Shown here one piece after another: positions 10,985-24,800 of a stretch of DNA of 64,000 nt (positions are counted from its first letter, which is position 1; every line of letters begins with the position of its first letter). Below the pieces are notes generated by a model. That model had not been told where the DNA came from. It saw only the letters and a program-made list of their open reading frames with translations, and made no database searches. The stretch is from Antedon mediterranea (taxonomy: Eukaryota; Animalia; Echinodermata). Made by a program: the position numbers and the translations under genes. The stretch lies in contig NC_092677.1 in the NCBI RefSeq assembly GCF_964355755.1, positions 4,734,101 through 4,798,100 of the forward strand, read 5' to 3'.

Positions 10985-13900
10985 TTAGTTATAGAACTTT
11001 TGAGAATAATGTGGTTCTTGAGTCTTTCTTTTTTGTGACGTACTAGTAACACTATCACGTGACATATGTCCTTCGTACTGGGGATTTTGAGATTCTATTT
11101 CAATCCTTTCTCCTCTTTTCTGAAAACAATAACATTATTGATTATTATTTTGATTAATTGATTTTTAAGTCAAAGCAAATAAGTAAAAATCTTGACAGTA
11201 TATAAAATAAAATATCAATTTCATTTCATCAAACCCAAAAGACATTTACAATCAATTAATTGTTAAATCAGTTAGTATCACACTCCAATTACTGTAGGCC
11301 CACCTCGTCGTTTCAGAATTATTAATTTATAGTGAAATTAAAAATGTTAACCTCTAGTTTGCGCACTTCTTTCTTTGACGCCTTAACGTGTTTATCTTTT
11401 TTTCTGTGTTTATTAGAAACTCCATGCAGTCCTTGGTATTGAGGATTTTTTACTTCTATTTCCTAAAAAAATAAGTTAACGTTAGTTGTTTCTGAATATT
11501 TTAGGTGATGATGGTGAGGTTAACTTAAATTCGTATTACCCCTATGAAATGAAATACATAATATCCCAATTTATTTATTTTTTAATACATACTACTTTAT
11601 TAGACGTAGGCTTGGTATATCCATCATCGTCCACGCAAGAGCTTGCTGACTCTTTCACACCTTGGTACTGAGGATTTTTGCATTCGATTTCTATGACTTC
11701 TTTTTCCTAAAAAATTAGTTCCTAATCGTTAATTATAAAGGTATTGTTAAATATGTGGCGATGCCCAGTGACGTTATGGTTCGTTTAAAATGTTTAATTG
11801 TACTTTTGAAATACATACTATTTTAGACGTAGGCTTGACATATCCCTCGTCATCTATGTCAACACCAGGGACTGCTGAAACTTGCAGTCCTTGGTACTGA
11901 TGATGTTGACTTTTGAATTCTCTTTCTCTCTGTTAAACAATAGATGGTCATGATCGTTAGGCCCAAACATAAATAATTTGTATATTTTGCTTTCAAAGGT
12001 GTATCTTCTTAAAAGTGTCTTAGAAATACGAAAATAACTAAACTAAATTTTAACTTGACTTGGTTAAAGTTAGGAACTCACTATTGACCTTAACTACGAT
12101 TCTGATTTCAACTCACTCAACTACACATCAATTTGTAGCCAGGGAATGGTAACCATTTTCGTTGATCACCCATGTTTCTATTAGTGACTTTTCGATACAT
12201 ACTACCTTATTAGACGTGGGTCTAACATATCCCTCGTCATCTAAGTCGACATCATTGTTTCCCGAATTAACTTGCAGATCTTGGTACTGATGACGTTCAG
12301 GCTCGCTTAATCCTCTCTGATAAATAAATGGTTTGTGTTAGTATTATTGATGTTTAGTTGTGGTATTTGTATATATAATTATGAGGAAAAAAAATTTAAA
12401 TAGCACAATTGACTTTAAGATACAATTTTACTTCCCGCTCTCATTTACACATACTGTAACTTTTTCTGTAACGCTTTGATCGGTCATGTGGATATTAGGG
12501 ACTATAAGTTGAAATAGTGTCACTTAAGTACTAAAACGCTGTGATGATACCTCAATGGCCTTGGTGTATCCTTCGTCATCTATGTCGACATCACAGTTTG
12601 CCGAAACCTGCAGATCTTTGTACTGATGGTGTTGAAGTTCGATTTCTCTTACCTCTTTCTGTTAAACAATAGATGTTGCTTGTGTAAATATTGATGTTTA
12701 GTTTTATATACTCTGCATGACATGTATATGGAATAATAAGTAACTAAACTAGTGAACGTGACTTCACAAAAGCTATCAAATGGGTTGTTTGTTGTTAGGC
12801 CTACATAGAAAGTTTACCTGTATTCTTGTCCTGGATCTTGCTTTATTTGACGTCCTGGCAGCACTAGCCTCCACTGTAGGACCTTTGTTGAGCTCTTTGT
12901 AATCTCCAGAATTTGCAGAAAATTGCAATGCTTGATATTGTTGAGGAATTTGAGATTTTGAAAGGATGTCTTCTTTTATTCGTTTTAGCTATACAAATAT
13001 CGGTAAACACAGATACTATCTAATTAAAGTTTATCTGTGCTTTCAATTATTATAAGTTTCAAGAAAGTATTTCATAAAAATTTAAAAGTACTTACATAGA
13101 TATATCGGGTTATTATAAACGTAGGCACAGAGCAAAGAATTGCAGTTATTGCTAAAGTTATCAATATACTAATTGCATACGAACAACCACCTGTAAATGT
13201 CAATGTAAAATTTTGAAATAATGTTATCCACCAAAAAATGTTATACTTCAGAAACAATTACAAACGAAATCACACAATTTCATACATGCAACGTGCATCA
13301 ACGTGCACAATATTCATCTAAAGTAATTTAATATTAAATTAAAACATTATTCTTCAACGAAGCAAGTGGGAGTTAGAGTTTGTCATATTGTTATTACTTT
13401 CGTCGTGGTCGTCGGCGTGTTGTCATTAACAAAGAAATTACACTCGATAGGGTGTGTTGTAATTAAAATTACCTGCTGTGTTTTTTTCATTTTCTGCATA
13501 AAATGTAAAACTTGTTTGACATATTTTATTAGTTCCTAAAGATGATGAATTTTGTATTATCAGTACTGCTGGCGGTTTCGGATAGTCCTCTGCTGTACAT
13601 GTTACAAGATCATCTTCAGGTTTAAATGTTACAATGATATCTAAACAAAACGAGTAATATAACCTTGAGTACTGTTAATGTTCTTTATTCTTTATTTAGG
13701 GTCCCAAAAATATATTATTGAATTATTGTATATTTTATGAACTTTATATACCATATATATACAACTGTCTTCCTTCACTTGTTTTAGCATCATCTCCTTT
13801 AAACTGATCACTTTCTGCTTTACATGTATATCTGCCACCATCTTCTTCAGTAGCTGATTTAATCTTAAGAACTGACTCTGTACTGTTATTTGCAATATCA

Positions 13901-16221
13901 TATCTAGAAGGGTTGTTGGTGTTGACTGTATGTCCATCTTTATACCAAGTAATGTAAGGAATAGGATCACCATCATGTTTAATACAGGTAAAGGTCACTG
14001 ATTGACATTCATTGATGACATTTGCTGACGCAGAAAGAAGTGGTTGATCCAAGTCTGAGAAAAATTTAATAAAGTATCCATGTTACAAACTTGTTCTAAA
14101 TGTTTGTAACAATATACTTACTTATTTGTTTCTAGTTTTACATATCTTCGATCTTACTTTTTACATACAATATATACCGTAATTTTAGAAATAAATACAT
14201 GTATCTATATGATAATTTGGGTTTGTTATTGTAAAACTCGTTAGTGGGTGAATGGATGACGCCCTATAAATATCACAATGTGTATTAGATGTAGTTCCAT
14301 GTAAACCTTTTGATTTCGTTTTTAAAGCGGTTTTAATTTTTCTATAAAATACATTTTACAAAATACAAATTAATGAATGAGCTCACGCTATTCCACCTGG
14401 TATAGTACATTCTTCCGGCAAGAGAGACACGTTCGACAATCATTCAACGTTCAGTCCGTAAGTACCACCATTGTTCAATGCTTATTTCTGATATCACAAT
14501 TAACCCTACCCCTCCCCACCTCCTGTTTTATGTGTAACACTTTAAATAAGATTCATGCACGGTTTTATTAGGTTATAGAATTGTAATGTAGGCCTACTAT
14601 AGGTAGTAGAAACTCTCGTTACAAGTTACATCGGCACGCCTTCTCCCCCTAATTGAATTTTGTGCCAATTTCTGATATACAACAAATCCGCAACGCTTGT
14701 TTAATGTTACAAACGATAGACCTAGATTCGCGTAGGCCTACTGTATTAATATTAGGCTTTTGGGTAACAAATGTCAGCACCCAAATCCAAGTATTCGAGT
14801 CATGTGAAAGTTACTGGTACTGGTAGCGAATTGTGTACATATTTCTTTAAGGTACACTTTTTATAACAACATTCATGTACTGCATACAGTATTCTTACTT
14901 TTACAACAGAAGCCATGGCCTAGGCTCAATCAGACACGATTGTCATTGCATCCAAATCCACTTTCAATTTGGGTAATTATACTGGCACTTCACCATATTC
15001 AACTTTGTGCATATTTTAAAAATATATATAACCCGCCTCATTTGTGTGTAACAATTTATTAACATTCATGTACAATAAAAGTATAAATATATAAATTATG
15101 TACTAAATTGTGTATTTTTTTCTATCATTAATCAGACAGAAATGACAAACGAAAATCAAGCTAGAATTGATAAGGCAATAAAGGATTTCGGAAATGTGTC
15201 GAGATACAACAACATGTACTAAACAAAATCTCATATAACCAAGAAAAAATGTTCCCTTTTTAAAACTCTTTATACTCTCTCCAATCCAATGATTCCTCTT
15301 AACTGATTGAAACATTGTAGGCCTAGATTCAGTACTGAATTACTTATAATAAATAATAAGTATATGTAGTTGGCATATTTGATTTGTGTTAATAAAAAAC
15401 CATCATTATGTTTTTCATTGTACAATAATAATAAAAATACTGTATATATAATATATATATTTTTTTAATGTATATATTTATATGTAAAGAATTGATTATA
15501 TTCTACTAAATTTATAATATAATAAGGATTGAGGGAGATACTCGTTGTGCATTATTCATATAAAGGAAGTTATGTGTTAACTTACAATATACAGTTAGTA
15601 TAGATGGATTTGATCTTTTAATTTCACCATCTATTGTTTGTATCTCGCACTGAAATGTTCGTTGAGAATCATCTCTGATTGGTAGTGACATCACTAAGTC
15701 TGCTTTCCCAGGTTTTATGTTTAATTTAAAACGCCCATTTACTAGCTTCTTATCATTCACAAGGTTATATGTAGATCCATCTTCATCTAATGCATCCCAT
15801 TGTATTGCAGCAGGTGTAGGAGTAACTCTTGAATGATTACAACTTAATACCACTTTAGTATCACCTTCTTTGGCTTCCTGGTTAGATGTCAGTTGACCAT
15901 GTGATTCTAACAAAATAAATTGTGTTTATTATTGTTTTGGTCCGTTTATGCGAACTACAAACATACCACGATGGTATCATTTTAAGTTGAAATTCATTCT
16001 CATTCATTCGTTCGTTCTTGTCGTCTCACATTATAAGTGGTCAACGTAATGAAGATAACGTTTTCTGGCATATGCACAACTTTACCTACCAGTTTGTCAT
16101 GGTTAAAATTAATTAATTACAATTAATAAATAGGCATATCAATACATTTAGCGTTTTATACTATAATTAATTTACCGTCAAATGAATGTATAACAATTAG
16201 CAGCGTCAACCATAATGTCAT
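10985..16221 (-). CDS. IgSF ITAM receptor paralogue 3 with five tandem Tyr-module exons, about 598 aa
   Basis: Exons: 16176-16221 (SP), 15586-15906 (V), 13752-14054 (I), 13473-13640 (shortened D3), 13096-13190 (TM), 12818-12988 (ITAM YQALQFSANSGDYKEL), then phase-0 exons 12551-12658, 12203-12316, 11819-11929, 11593-11706, 11352-11462, and terminal exon 10985-11119. All GT-AG and in frame. Confidence 0.85.
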
Positions 16222-17266
16222 TTGAAAAAAATGACGATCTGAAAATCTGAAACGATGTCTACCCTCCTTCCAACCTTTTACTTAACACCCTCCTCATCTC
16301 TTCTGTTTCCCAACTGAGCTCTTAACAGCCCCCGCTAAACGTTATTTCTTCAAATTGGCTGCTTTGCCTACCAAACTTCCACCAATGCCGTTCCTGATAA
16401 TATCAGTTGTATATTGTCAGAACTCAGCACGGAGGTGGTCTATGAAATACGCGATTTTCTACTAAAGGTAAGGACAATTAAATTATTTTGTTCCTCGACC
16501 TTTCTTTCAATTTTTAAACAATGTTATAGTTAGAAAGCGCCTACGTTTACTTTAACAAAATTCCCAATTACATAATATGTTATGTTGATATGTATAAACT
16601 CTTTTAAATTAAACTTCAACTCAAACGATTTATTGCTAGTAGATAGGCCTAAATAAGTTTTTTTTTTACCATTTTAACGATTTTATTTTATTTTTTATTT
16701 GAACAATATTTAATTTATACACTTAACTTGTTCTGAATATTCATATTTTATGTGTTTGTATTTATATGTTTTATGGAGAGTCCTTAATGAAAAATTCCTT
16801 TACTAGAACTGGATAGGCTACCCTCATTAAAGATGGTAATAGATAAGTAAATGCAAATAATGAAAGGACGTGTCTGTAATAGTAATAATAAAAGAAATAG
16901 GCTAAACAAGACGAATGATGGCTTACATACCCTTTATAAAATAAGAATAAAAAACAACTTACATTCTTGGTCTAGGCGCAACCTATGTCTATAGCTATCA
17001 TCAATTGCTTTATTATTCAACAGAGACTAGAACTTGATGTCGATCAGCTTTTCGGTGAAAACAAGTGGAAATTACTGAAATTTATAGAGGGCAGCAACCA
17101 AAAGTATGATCATTATTTTGAGAGAGGTATATCAAAGAACTTATAACACAAGAATCTCCTGTTCTTCAATTTGCATTCAAAACACAGTATCGGAAGTACA
17201 GGGTTAAAAGGTCAAACTGGGCGACGCCTTTTCACAGCATGGAGCAGCGCCCCCTCCAAACTAGGA

Positions 17267-17437
17267 AGTCAATTACTCTACCCCCACTAGAGTATTAGCA
17301 GATCCCCTCTATGATTTTGACTTTCTAATTTGATGCGGGCGCCCTACTCCTCAGTCAATTACTCTATCCCCCCTAGAGCATTAGCAGATCCCCTCTATGA
17401 TTTTGACTTTCTAATTTGATGCGGGCGCCCTACTCCA
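17267..17437. repeat. Two-copy tandem repeat, unit about 85 bp
   Basis: agtcaattactcta...gatgcgggcgccctactcc occurs twice head to tail. Confidence 0.9.
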
Positions 17438-17954
17438 TGGCTCACATCAATGGCGCCACCCATAGCTCTATTCTATCCCACAATGCCTTTCGAAATTGTT
17501 ACGCGCTTCGGACGAACAGGAGATTCTTGTGTTATAAGTTCTTTGGGTATATTCAAAGATATTCAAAGCGTCATTTCGACGACACCGCCACACCCCTTAG
17601 TTACGCTTCCCTGCACACAGCATTGTTTTGTATGATTCAACAATGATCGAAAGATGTCTTCCATTTGGTGAAAAAGGCGTCTGCTAGCTAGGATATTATG
17701 GCAGTAATTGGTAGTAGTAGGAGGCAGCCTTGGTCTAGGTATAAAGTGAGTGGATTATTGAACATCATCATCATTTTATCTTTTTAGGGTGCTAGGCCAA
17801 AAACAGGATCTCCTAAAAACATTCTGCGCGACGGTCGGCGGTGATGATGAGAGGCGACCATGCAGAACCTCTGTTTGATAGTAGGCCTAGGCCTAGTCTA
17901 GATTAGGCCTTCTACTAGTACTAGGGCTAGGCTTAGCTACGTACTAGGCTAATA

Positions 17955-20940
17955 GAGGGTGTGTGACCAAAACGGCCGCCGACTGCAACGGCCGCCAACT
18001 GCAACGGCCGCCAACATTTTCTATGGGACGCCAATCAATACCGCCTGGCCTATCTATACTAACTGTATGACCGGTTGGGCCGCCGACAGGTTGAGCCGCC
18101 GCTAGTTTCTATGAAACGCCCAACGCGTCTTTTACTATGGCCTATATAATGCAATGATTACAAATACAAACGTGCAAAAAAGTAACGTATAACATTTGGC
18201 GCCTAACATTTTATTGTTTTTCAAGGTTTTAACAGTTAATCTAATACAATCTAAATGTATAATTACATACTGTAGGCCTACTTCATTTTGTTGTTTTTAT
18301 CAAAGTAACGTATACAAGTTTATTGTTTTTACCAGTTAATCTAATACAATAAAATATATAAAATTATGTAATTAATGTACAATTTCGTTTTTTTATCATA
18401 GCAAAGTAAGTATACAATTTACAAAAAGGTTCAAATAGTTAATCTACAATCAAATACATAACTACTTAACCTACAATTGTGTTGTTTTTATCATAGAATA
18501 ATATAAATTTATTATAAATACTGTAATGATGATATATTATTTTTCACAATTTCTTATTTTCTAGCTACAGTACTTTAATCATACATACAAGTTTTACACA
18601 AGTTCAAGACCTGAAGATTTGTTGTGGTATCGGTGGTACTTTAACATGTTCCAACATTTCAATTTACAAAAGAATTGCTTTACCTGATTAGGGAACCCTA
18701 ACCCTATATTGTATTTTATATATATAAACATTATTTCAATTTTAATTTTATTTCCACAATATAATAAAATACATAGATAAATGCAATGAAGTGATTATGT
18801 GGGTGAGTCATATAACAACTTTAAGTTTGACCCACCCCGAAATATAACATTGAATACGAAAAAGAAAAAAAATATACATAAACTAATAATAAATAAAAGA
18901 AAACAAAACTACAATTTCTATTTAAACCATATTATTCAATCTTAACTGGTATATTTATTTATTTATGGTGGGATAGAGACTGAAAATTCATCATTAAAAC
19001 ATAAAAATTCTTGACTTAAATCATAATCAACATTATTGTAAATATAATTAATTACATAAAACAAAGATAATTACATTGATATTGTTAATTGTTATAAAAA
19101 TGTTTCAGGCAACCCCCTATCCTATGTCCCGATCGTACATCTTCAATTTTATGATCGCTGTATATATTTGATAACAGGACTTTTGTTATCGAAAATATTG
19201 TAAAAAGTTAGTTAATCATGATTTCATGCGATTATATTCTTCGAAATACATCTCTACATAAAAATCTCAAACTTTAAAGTTTTTGTTTGGAAAAAGCTTG
19301 TCCCGCAGTTTTGTGTCATTTCCGTCACATAATTTAAATGTGCCCCGTCTACAGTTTAATGAACGGCGGGGAAAAACTTGACTGTGCATTGTAAACATGC
19401 GAAGATATTGAAATAAAACTAGCAGCACATCATTTTCAATAAAAGAGGAAAAAAGCTAATAAAACGAGGTTTTAGAAAAATTACAGTTGCGTACCTTTAT
19501 TGAATGTCATATCCGAACGGTATAGAACTCATTAAATAATTATAATTTCTGGTTTTTTTTCAACTGGAAGTACAAGTTATTCATGGTATCTAGAAGTATG
19601 CAATCCGTCTCCGCTGTCAGACATGCCTACGATGTGATCCTAGGCTGTCCAATGCTAAATACATCATCTCCGTCACGGTCAGCTCCGTCACATTTCCCAA
19701 TGTTTCGTTGTGACGGAGATGACGGCCCGTGACGGATATGACTTTTTGTTATTGCCAGGGCCTTTTTTGTTGTACATTTGTTTTGTATATCTTTGTTATG
19801 TTATTACATTGTATATCTATGTGACTCTGGTCAATAAACATAATCAAATCATATCTTAAAGTCATCTCCTTCACATGATTTTTTAAGTTCGTCATATCCG
19901 TCACGGTTTCATCTCCGTCACATGGATATTTTATCCTTTTAAATCCTGAAATATTTAAGTAATGAACGCAATTATGTGGTATATTGAAATATAAACAATA
20001 TTCTTCTACTATGTCAATGGATAGTAATATTAGTTCAACAGAATTTTGTAAAACATCAGTGACAGTCATACTATTTTTTGAAAATTATTATTTTTTGGAA
20101 TAGTAAATGGTTTTGAACGTATAACATCATACTAATAAATGTTAAAACAATCATTTTGTTATTAATAGAGACAAAAATAATATATAGTATCAAAGAATTA
20201 ATAATGGAAATAATTTTATATTTCCTAAACCGTTATTTTTTCTATCTTTGTATATTCCATAAATGTGACGGAAATGACAGTAACATTGAACCATGTATTT
20301 ATAAATACGAATAAAATACGAAATATATAATAAAGATTGCGCCAAACACACGCTTGCCATGTAATACATGTTCATTTATCTAAATAAACTTTAAAAATTT
20401 AAAAAATGCAAATTTTAAAATCGATTTTTTATAAACCTGAAATTAGACACTTACTGAAGAATGACCCATATAGGCCCTATATATATATAAATTATCTATT
20501 ATCTTATTTACAGAATTAAAATTAAATTTAATATTTATAAATATAATGAAACAATCACGATTTTTAATCCCGTTATTTAATTTTGGTTACACAGTATTAT
20601 TTAAAAAAAAATATCTCTGTACTATATATACCGTAGTACAGGGATTTATTTATATGACAAACATTAGTATTTCAATGACACAAGTTTAAGAATATTTAAT
20701 TTTAACAATTAGACAGACCTACTTTACATACAGTACTTTCACAATGTGTCGAACATCACTATTAAACTTGTTAGGTCGTAAATTATAATATAAAACAACG
20801 AGCACCGCCGATAGCGCGCAATTGGCGTTTCATAGAAAATAATGTTTTTCTGGCGGCAGCTCAACTTGGTGGCAGCTCAACTTGGTGGCGGCTCAACTTG
20901 GCCTAATCCGTTTGTAGGCCTTGGCCCTAAGGCCCACCCT
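17955..20940. mobile_element. Putative 3-kb non-autonomous DNA transposon with repeated subterminal inverted motifs
   Basis: Left-end gttgagccgcc and tttctatgaaacgcc are mirrored by right-end ggcgtttcatagaaa and ggcggctcaac arrays. AT-rich non-coding interior with a ccgtcac-rich block. Confidence 0.55.
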
Positions 20941-21897
20941 AGAGTGTAATCTAGGCCTGCACTACGGTACTACAAAATTACTACAAGGGCTGGCCTATAG
21001 AAACGTGTAAACTGACTAATTTTTGCAGATTAATAATTCAATAAAACTGTTCTATTTCAGTGTTTTGTAGCTGTGTATTATTTTGTAATCTATTTTGCTA
21101 CGGTAAATGGTAAGATCATGATTGTTATTAAAAATTTTTATTTTTTTTTTAATTTCTTTTGTTTTATTTAGAAAAAAATGCGTATTATCTATTTATCGTC
21201 ACCGTCCTATACTAGTGTAAACAGGCATTTACAAAGAATTTTGTTTCAAAATTGCATGAAACAAATAGTTTATAGTCAACTCTATTATACACAGTAGTTA
21301 AAAAACATCCGTTAGGCAAAAACAGCTTGATGTCCGACAACCATTTTTAATGTATATAATGTATATATATCTAAATTACAGACTTCTAAGGCATTTTTTC
21401 TTCAGGTTACAGTACGCCATTTATTAGTATATTTTTGTATTAAAAATAAGTGCAATTTCCATGAACCTAGCATGGTGGGTCTGAGGTAAACACCCCATCA
21501 CACCTCCAAATATTTATGATACTTTCCAAAACTGCGTGATTCGTGAACAGATTTCTACTAGAATGTAATTTACAATAAAAAAAACAAATACCGGTAGCTA
21601 AAAACTCATTTTTCACAAGCATTTTTTCATTTATTTTCAAAAAGTAAAAATGACTTTGCATGCATAATAAGTTAAAACAGGCCAACAAAACCCAACTACA
21701 GTAATAATTAATAGTGGGTGTGCAAAATTTGTCCAGTTTGAATGAGCATTTTTTTTACTCTAAATTAATCATAATTCTTTGCTGTTCCTAACTGTATTTT
21801 CACTCTAATTATTATTTAACATACCATGTACAGTAGGCAAGCCCATCAACCATCTAGAAGTGTATTGTTAAATAAACTCATGATTTGGTATTTTCAG

Positions 21898-24800
21898 AAG
21901 CTCATGGTCAGTTGGTGACAACTTCTGACCAGATAGCCAAGGAAGGTGATGCTGAAGTAGTGATAACTTGTGATTATTCACAATTTACTTCTACTGCACC
22001 ACTTGCAGTACAATGGGATGAACTAGATGAAAATGGAACAAGCACTAACATTGTAAATTATCTGAAGATAGAAAATGGCCGTTTTAAATTAAACAAAACA
22101 CATGAGAAAGCCGAATTGCTGATCTCACAGCCAATGCGATCTGATTCTAAACGAATATTTAAGTGCGAAGTACAAGAAAAATATGGGAATATTGAACCAT
22201 CAAATCCAGCAACTCTAACTGTATATTGTGAGTTTAACAGGTTAAATTTATATACTCGTACATTAATGACACCTATGCTTGTTTTTTAATTGGTTGATTT
22301 TTTGTCTTTTTATTTTAATGTTAATTTTAGTTCCATTCTAATAGAAAAATTATCTTCAATACTTCTATCCAACATAAGCATAGAGAGCATACTCTTCATT
22401 GCTTTGTTCCATTGCCAAAATCTAAAATCTTTTGCATACATTAATTATGAGGAAATACCTCGTATAAATTTTCTTTATACATTTCATTCAGCACATACAT
22501 ACTGAATGTGAGTATTTATCTGGTGTTAGACTCAAACTAAATCACTGTTGAAGTTACTGTAACAAAATAATGTATTATTTTTAACTTAAAGTTAAATAGC
22601 CTGTGAAAAACACTATATTCACAGTCGGCCACAAACAGTACATGGCATTTTGTGTATGATATCTTGCAAGGATGAATATGTCTTTTACACGTTCATTTAT
22701 GTACAATGTTTTTCTCAGACTTAGGGCGCGTTTATACAACACACTATTACACGCATATTCAACATGCCTACGAGAAGTGTGTTGTATAACACCGAAGAGA
22801 TTCCGTGTAATGAGATTTTAATTGCAAAAAAGGCTACTTGGCTGAATCCTAAAATGTTGTGGATTCTCGGTTGTTGTTGGCGTGTTGGAAGTGTCCTCAG
22901 TGTATTGTTTTGACCTCTCGTTAAATATAAGTATGTGCTGTGAAAATGTTGACCAAATCTAGTAGATAATTGTGCTTTTTTTGCATTTTAACTGATTTAG
23001 CACTTAAAGCCCCATTCCCTACGTTTTTTAGATTTAATTTAAGATCACAAACTATATTTAATGTAAAAATAATACTATATGGTCCTATTGCGATAACTTT
23101 TTTCGTCTTTAAACGGTTAAAAATGTGAAAAATAAGTCGATTCTAATAATTATAGCGGCCCGCTATAAATCCCAAAATGCATTGCGCGCGGATTGATATT
23201 TTTGTTTTTCACCTGTAATTCGCCCACTTTTCGATCGATCGTGAGGCCAAAACAAATGGAAGACTCCTAACTTTTCAGCGAAAATACCGGGTTTTCCCCA
23301 ATTTGTATCAACGGAGTCTGGCAAAAATAGAAAGACAATTAATGCAGCAACTATACAACGTCAGGCTAGGTATATAGCTAGCGTACGATGTTCGTACGTT
23401 ACCGATGTTTACCAGCTAGGCCTACAAAACTAAGCCTAGCTAGGCTAGGCCTAAGACCGTCCACGAGAGGTCGATCGCCGCGAGCTACTTAGGTAGTGCA
23501 TTGTTTTTCACTTTTTATCATAATTTACCATAAAACGTACATTTAAGACAAGGAATGACATGGTTTAATGTTTTTAAAGTGATATATATGTATTATTTTC
23601 CAAAAAACGTCCAAAATTGCAGGGAAGGGGTCTTTAACATTAACGCTAATTAATGTTGGCATAATTTGGAAAAATGTAGTTTTATCCTAATTCTAAAACA
23701 TTATTTTTTTTATTTCAAAAGCAGATTTAAAAAATCAATAACTGAATAAACTGAATTTTAAACGAAATCATCCATTTTATTAAAATCCTTAATAAACTAA
23801 TATTAATTCATTTTGCATGCGATTATCTACATATAAATTTACGTAAGGGCAAAATTCGGTAAATCTCGGTTTATTTCTAGAATTTCTACTCGATGGTATA
23901 TAAAGTTGGTTCATACTTTCGGTACTGATTTTAACCATCTGATGTAACCCTGTTTACTAATTAAATTGAGTTAGGTAATTAGTTATTGACGATTAAAACG
24001 AATTTAGGTTCAACGATTTGCCCCAAATAGGGGTGTTTTCCGATCGTGGTATACACTGTCTAATGGATGTCCATCTTGAAAAATACCCGCCACAAAAATA
24101 CGAGGAGGCTTCGCATTTTCCTATCTCCTCCTACGATAATTGTTTTTAATAGCTGAAAACTGGTTGAACAGCTAGAGTACAGCATCATAATGTTGAAGAC
24201 AGGCCGATTTTCTTAAAAAAATACTATTTTGATAGATATAATATACGATTATACAAATGTATTGATTTGCGATGAATGGAACATTCCAATCTCTGTTTCA
24301 CAAGTGTCTATTCCCTCAGGCGTCGTAAAGGCAAGTACAGCACTGTATACTCGAAATTCGATCCATTTTTGTTTTCAATCTGTGCTGCAGAGGTTGGATA
24401 TAATTTTTTTTAAACGGATAATGAGCTAGCGTTTTCACTCGCCGTATATTATGTACAAATCTTTATTATTGCAGTTAAACCACCCACATCATCACCTTTC
24501 CCTCACTGGCATGAGTAGCGTTGTAAAACCAGTAGAGAATAGGCCTACGGTACATCACATGCCCTAAACGCAGAACAACTTTGGTGGGTAGGGTAGGAAC
24601 CAACTTAAGTATGAATTGGCTCTAAGAAACAATTGAAAACCATTAGGCCTACTAATTAAGTTGAGTTAGATAATTTAATATTTATTGACGATTAAATCGA
24701 ATTTATGATTTTCCCCGAGTAGAGGTGGTTTTCACAAATTGTTTTACATTATATTATAAACATATACACGTCGTAGTGATGTATCGTTACATGTGCTGTA

